A program made the translations under genes and the position numbers. A DNA stretch of 64,000 nt from Hydrolagus colliei (taxonomy: Eukaryota). Shown one piece after another: positions 24,401-36,881 of the stretch. Location: assembly GCA_035084275.1 (NCBI GenBank), contig CM068755.1, positions 11,408,001 to 11,472,000 of the forward strand. Direction: 5' to 3'. Positions within the stretch are counted from its first letter, which is position 1, and the number at the start of each line of letters is the position of its first letter. The notes beneath the pieces are model-generated. The model was not told the origin of the DNA. It saw only the letters and a program-made list of their open reading frames with translations, and searched no databases.

Positions 24401-27400
24401 GTATCCAATGTTTTGAATTCTCTACCCCAAAGGGCTGTAGATGCTCAGTCCTTGAACATATTCAAGACTGAGAATGATAGATTTCTTGTGGATAAAGGGA
24501 TTAAGGGATATGGGGATAAGGTGGATAGGTGCAGTTAGAATAGATCAGCCATGACCTTATTGAATGGTGGGGCAGGCTCGAGGGGCCAAATGGCCTACTC
24601 CTGCTCCTAATTTTTATGTTCTTATGTTTTGAACTGTCAGAATAGGCAAGTGAAATGTGTCTGTGAGTGAAAGATGTAAACATTCTTAAAATGCTTTTAT
24701 ACCTTTGAAAGTTAATTTCATTATTTTATAGAATACTGTTGTTGATTATTCTCTAAAATGTTTTAATTATCTAACTTATAATGAGTACAATGTGCACTGA
24801 ATTTAGGGATAATCTGTGCTTAAGGTTTTCAAAGCATTTTGTCATTTAAAGGAAAGCGCTTATGTTTACATGCTCTGTATAGGTATTGTGTATTGTTTGG
24901 TTTTTAGTTGAGATTAGGTTGCCATAGAGTGTTACCTGGAAACTATAGGAATTATTCCAGCACCTATACAACAAAGGAAAAATGCACTGGACTGTGCTTT
25001 CCTATTCAGAGTCTAAAAATGTTTGTTGAAACAAAAGTTTAGAATGATTTTTAAAATGCAAATGATTAATTACCTGGCATCAGTTCTTAATAAGGATTAA
25101 TTAACAATTAATTTCTTCTCAAAGCTAGAATTATACAGTTGAATCAATATTTCCATAAATTTATCATGAATAGTAAAATGCATACCTTAGAAATAAACAG
25201 CATAATTACCACAAACAATATTTTTAAATATTTATTTTTTCAACAACAAGATTACATTTGTAAAGCGCCTTTCACATGAAAAGGGTGTCCCAAGGCACTG
25301 GACAGTCAGTGGTTGTGAACTGGGCTGAGGGTTAGGATTGGGAAGAATTGAGAGCAGAGCATGATGGAAAGTGATCAAAATCATGACTAACACAAACTAT
25401 CTTTTTCTACATTGAATTAAAACACACGATGGGGAAACATTAAGTAAACCATGAATTAAGGGCTGATCTGACTAAAATAAGCAAATGTTGCCATTTTCCG
25501 CATTTATTTTTCTGTATGTTATATAGCACAACAAATAACAATTATTACACCCACACCATTGCACACAGCTTCTGCATACTGTATCTAAAACTGGATTGTG
25601 ATTCATAGAAATATTGAAATTTACAACTTGGTATAAATGCTATTGTAATCTTAAGGAAACTATCAAGTATATAATTAGAAATTGAACTCTATTCAATTGT
25701 TGGAATGAATTGCCTGGCACAAGACAAGCCACTTCTACTTGTGTGACAGAAATAATTGAGGAACCAGAGGATAAAGACATGGCACGTGTTACCAGAATCC
25801 TCCATAAAATACTGGACGCAATCTCACTTCAGTGAACAGAGTCCCTATTTTAATTTTATAATGGAAGGGAAAATGGCTCGGAGGAAGAAGTGTAAAAAGA
25901 AACATGTAAAAAAAAGGTAAATAAATTATACTTTTCTTTAAAAAAAAATTCGAAGTAAATTTAATCATTTTAAGAAATTCAAAATTTTGAAACTGGGCAC
26001 AACAGGGATCCTCCACAGGGTCAGCTGTAGCATGCATTAATCACAGTTCCCCCTCTGGCTGCCTCATAAACCTTGGCAGGTCAGGCCATCAGATGACTCT
26101 AGGAACTCTAGCTTATGACGTCCTTGAAAGGAAGGTAGTCAGAAGACTGGCAATAGAGTAAAACTGTTTGGCTAACTGTGAGACAAGGATGTAACGTTGC
26201 TGTGCAGCTTGTGTAAGCCAGTGCGCACAACATTGAATGCACTTGTGGTGCCCTCAGTGCCCATTGTCTCATGGTTGGGGATGGATTGAGAGGGTGGCAG
26301 TGGCAGCTGTGTGTCTAATACGTAACTTCATTGTTTTTCTAGGTGCATTGTGGAATTCATTTGTAAAGTGGTTCTGTGGAGGATATTGCAACCGAGGTGA
26401 CATCCTCCAAACCTCGTCCTCTGCCTGTCGTACTCTGGCCCGTGGATCTTATTCCAACTGAATCCATTCGCTGCTCTTCTTCAGACATGGTGACAGTGTT
26501 TCAGCACTGGATAGGGATATGTTTCCAAAATCACTTTAGCTAGGATATTAATACATCATCCGTAAACATAGGATAAAATACATCCTCAGTTCAGCTAAGT
26601 ATTTGTAATTATAAATACTTATGTACTTATGTCTTTGGACTACTTCATAAAGATAATAAATTCATTGTTGATTACTGAAGTCTTTGAAACGGAGGATGGA
26701 CAATAAATATTTATGCATTTTCACACAAGTCAGAAATTTTTGCCATCCAAATCATGTTGGTTAAATTCTTAATGTTACCACTTTTTTACAATGAATAACA
26801 TGACGCAATGCAAATATAATATCATGGTATAATGCATAATCTGTTTCTTGTTGCTTGTACGTGTGTTTAAACTGGTTATATGGTATACTGTATTATGTTG
26901 TGGAATATGTACATAATTCTTCAACAATAAAATGAAATACAATTAGTCTTTAAAACATATTAGTATTCTCAACACCACTAACATTAAGTCACAAACACAT
27001 CTGCCCAAAACAAAATACAGACCAAATAACTTAAATTGTAACTGTAAGGTTGAAGGGTGTCTGTTTATATATGTGAAAAAAATCTATATTGTATAAGGTA
27101 ATGAAAAATGGAAACAGGAAACATATTTCCATAATGAAGGAGAGTTCACTAATAAAGAAAAAAAAAGGTGATTATTCATTACTCAAGTACATTTGGCGAT
27201 GAGTCAAAATAAGTTGTTATTACTTTGGTCAAGGCCATGTTTAAATGACTGTATGCAGTTTGGGGAACTCAACGTTTGACTGGAATTGATCCAGAGAAGT
27301 GTGACAAATTATTCCCACAATTTGCAGTTGTTAAGTTACAAGGACAGGGCCATAGAACATAAATTATGTTCATTGGAATAATGAGCAATAAGGGTCATTT

Positions 27401-30400
27401 GATCCATGTCTTAAAATGTTGAGAGGTGTAAATAATGATTTCTGACTTGTTTGTTGAGTTTGAAACTGGTGTTTAGAACAAAATAACCCTGAGAGAGAAC
27501 ATAGGATACAAGATCTCAGTTACATACTGTATTAAAGGACGCTATATAAATTCAAGTGGTTCTTGTTTGGTAAAACCTTGAAATTATTTCTAATAAGATT
27601 GGGTGGGATATTGAAGGAAATTGCCCAAAGGTGAACCAAGGGAACACGAAGCTCAAATAGATGTGTTGAATATATATACCGTGTAACTGAAGACAATAGT
27701 TACTTTATGTAAGAAAACTGGCAATTCTAAATTATTCTCACAATCAAGGCATGAAAAATAATAGATATTTAACTGAAGCCACTGCTGGGAAATGCAGTTA
27801 GCTCATTCAACTATCTTGTTTGAAGGATTAAGAAATTAATTACAGTATTTAAATTAAAGCTATGATGAGTGGCAAAGAGCACTTTATTTGCTAACTCATT
27901 CTCAAGGTTGGGAAATTTGCTGCTAGATTCGTAAAATTAATTAACAACTTAGTCTGTAAAAGTTGTTGACAAAAAATGATTGCTTGCTTTATATAGTATC
28001 AACAAATACTGGAAACCAGTCACAAATCAGCAGATTTTGTTGTAGCTAAAATGTCATTCGTTTTTCTGGCTTAATGCCACAGAGATGTTGAGAAATCCCA
28101 GAATTATTCAATGTGCATTAATTTTAAGACAGTATCCAGTGAAGCAGCACAAGAATAGTGGAGACTCACAATCCTTGTTAGCTAAAGTCATGGAGATGAT
28201 ATTGAACCTTCAGTTAGATCTGTGTAGAACCAGATATACCCTCCCAAATCTGTCATTAAAAGTGGATTTTTAGTGCATATTTTAACTAGAAGATTATCAC
28301 CTATCATATTTTTCATTTGTATTAAATCTCACTGAATACCTGGCATGGTGGAGTGTAGAATAAGTATTGAGGATGATAATGTGAACAATAGCAATAGTTA
28401 TTCGATAATCATTGCGCATTGCTGATATAATAGACACAAGGATGCCTTACACTGTTTAAACTCACAAAATTTGTGGATATAAAATTTGTATTTTGTTGAT
28501 GTTATAAAACAATATTGATGTTCCTGTGTACATTAACATTTCCAGTGATTACTAACACAATAGGCAATGCTTAATATCATGAACAGAATGGAAAGAAAAT
28601 CACATGTAAATTGGTTTGCCATTCAGACTGAGATATATTAGACATGCACATTTGCTGCACTCTGAATAGAATACTACCACTATGTGGCAGCATTGCAAAG
28701 CCCTTTGCACAATGAAAAGAGTAGAATTATTAGCCTACCACCAGTCTAATTCAGTGGGGAAGAATAAACAGAGCTTTTTTTATTGTTTAACCTGAATTTT
28801 AAAGCCTCCCCTGACTTTGGTTAATAAAATACTATAGTGATTGTCACTAAAACAAATTGTATTTCTTGTTTAACAGGCGTCATCACTGCCCACATCTGCC
28901 AACAGGGTTCTATGATAAGACTGGAGAGCCCTGTGTGCTAACTGAATATCATGAAAAGTATCCCTTATATGGAAATATCAAGCCTCGGGACAGCTTTAAA
29001 CCTGTACCACAACCGCAAGGTAACAGGGGTAAAATGGAAGGAACGTCAACATTCAGGTAAACACACAGTTTGGTTATCTGTGTGCCTGGCATACATCATT
29101 AGTCAAAACTGTTCATATTCAATACATCAAATATCTTAATATTAGGGGCTACTGTGCTCCGTTCTCCAGCTGCCGTGTACTTTTCACTACACTTGGTGTG
29201 GTCGTGTGGAAACAAATCTATCAAAAAAGACAAACCATATATTGACCGCATCTTGGTCAAACATCTGTGCACATCATGTACTGGTAAATTGGCAGAACAA
29301 CAATGTGTTTATTGCACAAAGCAGATTTTCTATTCAGCCTCCCTAGATCACATTTACAAACAACTAGACTTATTCCATGGGGACATCTTTAATGAAAGTG
29401 GTGAAGAGTTTGCCATGGGCTTGATGCTTCTGTGAGCAGATACTACAGCTTTTGGCTTTGGAAAGGACCACCTAAAAGATATTTAGATTCTCCTGAAGTG
29501 TTGCAGGATGAACATCTGCATGATGCCTCACTAAAGAACTAACGCCTCTGTGTGAGAAGCACAACTTATGGCTCAAGAAATACTGGTTTTGATCAGATTT
29601 TTTTGTTTAACATTTCTGGCTAACTCTCAGAAATGTTACATTGCGACTGATTCCCTTTGTGAGAAAGGCTTCTTCAGTGAGCAAGTTAAGGGACATCTTA
29701 AAGGCTTCAAAAACCACCAGTAAAGCATATGAGCTTTCAAAGCATGGTATATGAGGGTATGGCCATTATTAGTAGTGTTACCAAGTCAGAATATCTCAAG
29801 AGTATGTCAGGCAATGGAGTCTTTTATATAATATTTTGAATGATCTATCCAAAATGTGTCTATAATGGAAAATAAGTGGTGGAAAACAACCACTAATTTT
29901 AGTTATTGGTAGTAATTAGTTACTTTTGAAATATGAAAACTTGTCCTATGTAGGTAAATGTGGCCTCAAACATGTTCAAGCAATGGCCCCCCCAAAAATG
30001 GAGAATAATTACCATATAATAGTTTGTCTTTGAATTTATATTGACGTTAATGTTCACTTGAAGTCACCAGAAGAAGCAGGCACAAACTTAATCCCTGACA
30101 TTATCTGAAAGAAGGTGTTCAAGTATTGCAAAACTCCTCAAAACTGCACTGAATTCTCATCGTAGATTATGAGCTCATGTCCCGGTTTTGGGCTGAAACA
30201 CATGTTTTCTCACCCCGAGTGCGTGTGTCAGTGACTGAGCCAAATGACACAAATACTTTGTCATAACCCTCATCTTATTTTCCAGATCGGATTATGTCCC
30301 TCATGATGTTGCACGTAGACCAGGTCGTGTGCAGAAGGAATACAGACCACAATCTGGTCAGGTAGATCACTCTACAACCTATAAAATGGACTACAACCCT

Positions 30401-32845
30401 CACAAAGTAAAGCCTGCAGCAATGATTCGTCCTGCAGAAAGAAAACCTGGGAAAGGGTCAAAGGTAGACACCATACCTACATACAAAGGTAATATACGAT
30501 GGCAACATTTTAGTTCAAGAGTTAATCTCAATATGTATATATGCCTGCTCGTTGGACTGGGAAAGAGGCGAGAACTGAGGACTACACCAATTAGATGCAA
30601 CTCAGTCATTGATATTGGTGTATCATTTACCTGCCATTGAGTTCTGCAATAGCTTGAAACACTAGTTATTATGTACTGATATGTTTAGCAAAGAAATATG
30701 AAACAAAAACAGTGTATCTGGTGAAAGGTTACTGTTTTTCTTAACTATTTTCTGCTGAGGTCTCTTGGGTCATGGATGAAATCAATTCTCTTAAAAAAAA
30801 TACTCTTGATTCTATAAGCAACAAGTCTGGAGTATATCGCAAAATGATTGCAGAAATTGAACCAAGGATCACTTTTATTAATTCTAAGGCCAAATTTGGC
30901 AGATGAAAGACGATTAGAACCAGATGTCTTCATCCTTTTCAAAGATAACACAAATACACTATTATTAAGGTCAACTTCAGATATTTGCCACATTTACATC
31001 CTCCTCAAACTCGTCAGTTTATTTTCTGTTGAATTTGGTCAGTTTTATTTCTGAGTCTATCAAGTCAGTAATGTTAACATGAACTCACATGAAATTTGTT
31101 TTTATTACCTCCATCGGACACCTTAATCTGATAAACTGTAGATGACCTTATATTTAATTTTGGAAAGCTCAGCTTGCTAAGAAATTCTTAACATATGGTT
31201 ATCCTGTGGTAGTTATTTTATTCTATTAGTCAGGCATCTTAATCTGATAAAATGTAGTTGACCCCTTGTCTTTGGGTTATTCCTGTGATAAAGTGAAATA
31301 TCTGATCTTCCACCTGATTCTGTGCTACAAGCTTGTCATTCAAAGTAAGCTTTCCTTGTCTTAGCATTTCTTTCTAGATTTGTTCTGTTTTGGACAAAAG
31401 TCTCTTGTATAGGTTATTGGAGATCTGCCGACCACTGGGACCCCATGATCAAACTGGCAGCCTTTCCTTGCATAGCAAGATCATCTGTCCGCCAATCATC
31501 ATCTCAAATAATATTATTCCCATAGATTTGTGTGCATGTGGGGGGTAGATCTAATGACCATGAGCATAAGTAACTTCTTAAATCTCAATTGCCACTATTG
31601 GAGAATATATATTTACAGTAGTCTTCTGACTTGACCTGAGTGGAGAAGCACAGGAAAGCTAAAACTACCAACAGTTACAGAAAGAGGTCAAAACTTACCT
31701 AAAGGCCAAGGTGATTTAAAAAAAACTGGTTTGTATGTTTCTGATTCCCACTCATGTCTTATTTTGTCTTACTAGCACTGACTAGTCTAAGAATATGTCT
31801 GACAATATATTTTTTACTTTAAAAACAATACACAAGTATTTCCATTTTCTTTTCAGACGATTATAGAATGTGGGAAATTCCCAAAAAGCCACCAAAGGCA
31901 GATCAAGGTTACTGCCCTCCCACAACAAAATTTGGAAACCCAAGTACATTTCAAGATGATTTTGGTCCCAAGGGATTAGTGGCTACAGAAAGCTGCAAAC
32001 CACCAAATATTCCGAAGGTATCTGATGTCCCCTTTGAAGGTTTAACAAGTCACCGAGTGGCTTATGTTCCTCACGCCCTGGAGAACCGATTTGTTAGACA
32101 AAAAGAAGAATACAAACCAAGTGACCAACCTTTTGAAGATCTGACTACTCACCGTCGTGATTACAGAGGCCTGCACGGAGACCTTGCTAAAAGCTGCAAA
32201 CCCGAAGCTACGAAGATAGGGTCTGATGCACCCTTTGAAAATAACTCAGAATTCCGTGATCGATATCAACCATGGCCTGTTTCCTTGCCCTACGTCCATA
32301 AGAAACCCAAGTACGTGCAACCAGACGGCCATATGGATATGAAAACCACCAGCCAGCTTGATTATGTCGGACATAAAATCAAACCTCCTGTACCATTCAG
32401 GCCTGCAAGTGCTAGAAAGGTCCATGCTCCCTTCCAAGGGAATACAACAATGAAAGAAGACTTCAGGCCATGGGAAATTCAAAAGAATCCATTCATCAAG
32501 AAAGATGATGAGATCAAAAGACCTTCTGGGAAGTTCGATGACTTGACAACATTCAAATCTCATTATATCCCACATCAGATCAATCCGTCACAAAGCTTCA
32601 AGCCTTCAAATCAACCACTGCACAGCACAACACCATTTGATGATGGGACCATGTATCGTATAGATTATACACCTAAGAAGCTAGAAGTATGTCCAGCAAG
32701 CTATCCAACACCACCGGGCTACATCTTTGAACACACCGATACACGTGGTCATAAATTATATCAGAAGCTACCAGCGTTGGAATATGATAATATGCCACCA
32801 GCATTTGAAATGCAGCAACCAAAGGAAATAGCTGTGGAATCCTAA
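21408..32845 (+). CDS. SAXO2: Stabilizer of axonemal microtubules 2 (FAM154B), complete; join(21408-21454,28877-29056,30286-30488,31857-32845), 472 aa
   Basis: 1419 nt in phase. Cys-rich N-terminus MTRLNQKCICEICICGRHHCPH, about 12 Mn-type repeats (e.g. TTYKMDYNPH, STFQDDFGPK, TTHRRDYRGL, TTFKSHYIPH) and C-terminal CPASYPTPPGYIF. Head-to-head with EFL1, as SAXO2 is in mammals. Confidence 0.92.
21650..21733 (+). mobile_element. Short CR1-type 3' end
   Basis: gaaccagatggaccttggtct...cattcttatgttctta. Confidence 0.6.
23990..24345 (+). mobile_element. Degenerate L2 3' fragment
   Basis: ccaccaatggcagacgagccttcagcc...gccttgggacatccatccgacatgaaaagcac tail. Confidence 0.7.
24400..24630 (+). mobile_element. 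CR1-type LINE 3' end (shark HER1-like)
   Basis: gatcagccatga...gaatggtggggcaggctcgaggggccaaatggcctactcctgctcct...tatgttcttatg, typical of chondrichthyan CR1 3' ends. Confidence 0.8.
28877..29056 (+). CDS. SAXO2: SAXO2 coding exon 2 (RHHCPHLPTGFYDKTGEPC...MEGTSTFR)
   Basis: AACAG acceptor, GTAAAC donor, 180 nt. Confidence 0.92.
30286..30488 (+). CDS. SAXO2: SAXO2 coding exon 3 (SDYVPHDV...IPTYK)
   Basis: TTTTCCAG acceptor, GTAATA donor. Confidence 0.93.
31857..32845 (+). CDS. SAXO2: SAXO2 terminal coding exon (DYRMWEIP...EIAVES*)
   Basis: TTTTCAG acceptor; contains the 325-aa ORF 31868-32845. Confidence 0.96.
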
Positions 32846-35800
32846 AGTATTCAAGTGCATTGTCTGCTTTTAATTATGATTTTTGTTAAGACAATACCAA
32901 ACCTATACATGGTACAATTTAAATAACATGTACTTTGTGTTATTCTGAAAAAAGGAATTGACTCTGAATATACATTCACAAATTCTATTCCCCACAAATA
33001 TGATTGATTATGCTAATAGAGATGGTGAATATGTAAGATTCTTCTAAACGTCTAAGTATTAAGTATTTAAAAAATTTAGTTCTAATTTAGACATATTTAT
33101 TCAGTTTAGAATTGGTAACTTCAAAAGAAGTCTACCTAATGCAACAGATTACTTCCAATGCATAATGCCTGGCATGTATTATTCCAATTATCCTTACACT
33201 ATTATTATCTAGTTCTCATTTATTTTACCTCAACTATCAAAATTGATCAGTTCATGGTTAGTCATTATCTCCATATTTCACATCATTACCATCAACTAAA
33301 TGTGTTTTCTGCCTTTTAGGCATTAAACCCATTGCAAAATGATTTGAACACATTAAAATACGCCAAGTCTCATTTTTCTATCATTCAAGTGTTATCTTAA
33401 AATAACTATTGCAATCAGTCATCCTAAATTACCTGTCATTGATTTCACAGTATTAAGCAAAACTATCAGGTGAACTATCTTTATGCCTTAACAAAACACT
33501 GAAGTTTTTTTCCACAAATGCAGAATGCAAACCTATTTCTTTTCTTTTGGATAACATGGAAGATAGTTTTTAAGCTTTCTGGAAAATTAAGGAATTAGCT
33601 ATGTAGATTATCCAAATGGTATATCACAATAATATGTACATTAATCATATCTGTATATTTAAAGGATGTGCTAAAACACACTAGTGCCTTGCATCATCTT
33701 CAGAATCAGTCAGGTTTGTATTCATTAAACTCCTGTTGCAGACACATTCGATGCATTCTTATTTTAGCCTCAATATATTTTCCAACATTTAGCAGTAAAC
33801 GTTGTGTCTCCCACCCGTCCCAGGATTCATTATTATAATTGTATACATGCAAAAGAGTTGGCTCCACAGAATCCGAGCAACGTCTCTTCGCAAATACATT
33901 GAACACTACAACTTGTATAGTCATATCTATCTTTAGATGCTGATTTCTTTGAAAACACTGTAATAAGTGAACAGAATCATAACTACACAGGGCTGGACTT
34001 TAGTGTTTACGAGAGCTGAATAAATGTACTGTGCATGGCTTGGAGCTCCAGGAGGATTTGGCCTCATTTATAGGATTTTAACAGTAGCAGTGGTCTATAT
34101 AGGGACAAACATATCTTGCAGGACATTGGGAAAGTACTGTGTTAAAGCTTCTTCAAATACAAAAGAATCCAGATGATTACTCAACAATTTAAATTTACTT
34201 TGCTCTCAAGGCTTTCAGAATTAGCTTTATAGATGTCTTAAAATTGACAGGTAACTATAGGGGAGCTACAGTGCTTGTCCTGTCCTATTTGCTTCCCTCC
34301 TTATGGGGAAACATCTTACAACTGCTCAGAGGTTTTGCAACCCCATTGGCTACGAATGAAATTCAGCATGTTATTCAGGTGTATAGCCAATCATTCTGGT
34401 ATATCGATATTCTCCTCAGCTGAAGAATTAATCCTTTCTCCAGGGATACATGTGCCCTTCTCTACTTTTTAACAATCCTCTTAAAGTCCTCTTATTTCCA
34501 TTAACAGTACAACAGATTTTCATGTCACTATAAATTCAGTTTAGAATGCAAAGTTTCCAATTACATTAATTTCAAGGAACTTACAAGGTTAATAAATTAC
34601 TTAAATAGACTTTAAATAGCTAAAACAAGATCAGCATTTCATCAGCGATACAAAATTCTATGCCTTCTGGCTTCAACTGCAGCTACTTTGCCAGACGGTA
34701 ATGATTTCTTGCTAATTATTCGCAATGTAATACATAATGGGTTTTAACGGCAAATGTTGTGAATGTGTGTAAAGGTGCTTCATATTCGTTGATTAATAAT
34801 CGTCTTCATTATTGAATGTGATATGATTTGAAAGTAATTATCTTTATTCTTACAAACCCACATTCACTCACAAAATACAAAGTCACTGCACGTTGCAGTA
34901 CACCTTGTGAAGCGCTTTGATATATCTTCCTGACATGAAAGTTGCTGTAGCCACTGCAAGGATTATTATTATAATCTGCAACCACACATGTCCTCTGACA
35001 TTTATCTTAGTTCTTAGCTAGAATGTATATGCTGGATAGCAATCATTGCACCTCCTTTCTATGTGATACTTTTTGTTTAAATGAATGATCACAGAACACT
35101 TACATTTTTAATATAATGAATTGTAATTTCATACCGTTTATGTATACTGGACTTAATCATAAAATAAATGATATTTGGACAAAGGTAAACATGTCTTAAG
35201 AATCTTAATGGATTATAATGCAAAGGATATTTTTTTAATGGAGGAATGATTTTATCACTCAAATGTTTTTAAACAAAGATATCCTCTAAAGGATAGAAAA
35301 CTTTGAACATAATATATAAGTAATATCTTAATATATTAAAGCTTCACAGATAATTAGAATAAATTATTTTTTTAAAAACACTGATTAATATCCAGTGTAC
35401 TGTAATGATTAAATGTTTTCTTGTACAAGTAGCTCAAAAATGTATATATTATTTGTTGAGCACATAAAATCCTTCAATAAAAATTTAAGACGGATTATTT
35501 AGTAAATGACATGCAAAGCACAGTGTAACCCTTCACGAGCTCTGATAACTGATTAGTTAACAGCTTAGCTGTTTGCCATGAATTTCATCTGTATTTGACA
35601 TTTCAACATTTCTTTGTTGTCAGTGACTGCAAATAAACTAACAGCATGAAAATGAATACAATTTGATTTATATATCAAATGACAGTGTCGATTTCTTACA
35701 TTTTCTAGATTACAGAATCAAAAAGAGCAGATGACTATATTTCTAGGCATTATATTCTCTATTATATGGCTGATGCTATCTTTCAATATCTGACATTCTG

Positions 35801-36312
35801 CTACGAGAATTGTAATACAGTATCTGACTACTAAAAACCTAATCTTAAACTCTTTTACTGATCAAAAAAAGTTTGCATTCTAAAAACCTTTCATTTTAAG
35901 CAAACTCACCATGAGACATGAAATGTTTGTTTTTCTAGAAAAAGTTCGATCCAAGTGGAGACACACAGTCAAATTAAATTAGTTTCCAGATCCTCATCAA
36001 AGTGTATGGTACTTAATTGTCAAATTGTACCTACATTTGGTCCTATTTTGACCCTGTGTGATATCCAAGGGGATAATCCAGCTTTCTTTATCTAATTTTG
36101 TACCTGGGAAAAAAACTTCTAATGAACAATAAAACCTAGAATAACATTTCCACTTTCACTTGTCTCTTCCCGTAAGTTCTATGAATTTCCTTTCCAAAAT
36201 CTCCCCTTCTTGAGCAGACTTATTATCTTATGTTTCAAACAGCTCTAATCCTAAACTGAAAGCTATTTATAAATATAAAATGTAATATTTAGTTTTTTTG
36301 TATTCAGAAATA

Positions 36313-36579
36313 AATAATAATAGTAATCCTTGCATTTGATATAGCGCTTTCATGTTTTCTAATGTCTCAAAGCACTTCACAGAATACTGTAAATTGAATT
36401 GACTATTGCACACAGTTGTGTCTCAAACAATTGTGAAATGAAATGACCAATTTTTTTTTAAGGTTTATTATCAGTCATGTGGAGTAAGAAAACTTGCCTA
36501 AGGTTTTGCCCTGCTAGGAATTGAACCCAGGTCTCTTGCTTGCAAGGCGAGTGCTCTCACCCCTGAGGTACAGGATTCC
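36313..36579 (-). mobile_element. tRNA-derived SINE (same family)
   Basis: Head at ~36515-36579, tail at ~36313-36385. Confidence 0.82.
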
Positions 36580-36843
36580 ACATAATAAGTACATAATCAC
36601 TACACTTCATAGCTAAATCTTGGGGCGTCACTTCAAGACATTGCAAAAATATGATAAGGTATTTAATACAAGGCTTTATAATTTTATGAAACAAATGTTT
36701 TGCTCATATTACTCAATTGATTTAGCTATTAGCTTGCTGCCATTCCATTTATAAACTGAGTATAAAGCAAATTGAAGTTATATTTGGTGCAGTAAATGTC
36801 TTTTTTAATTTTTGATACGCTGCCCTTGATTTTGCTTTTCTGT

Positions 36844-36881
36844 AATAAAAGTGTTCTAATTAATATAGAATCTGGTTTATT
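36844..36881. terminator. Candidate convergent polyadenylation signals (+ AATAAA 36844-36849; - AATAAA 36881-36876)
   Basis: Hexamers face each other where local T/A skew switches between the convergent genes; AT-rich background weakens this. Confidence 0.35.

Noticed and set aside
32246-32575. 109-aa ORF antisense to the SAXO2 last exon
   Set aside because: Shadow ORF of a real coding sequence with no independent support.
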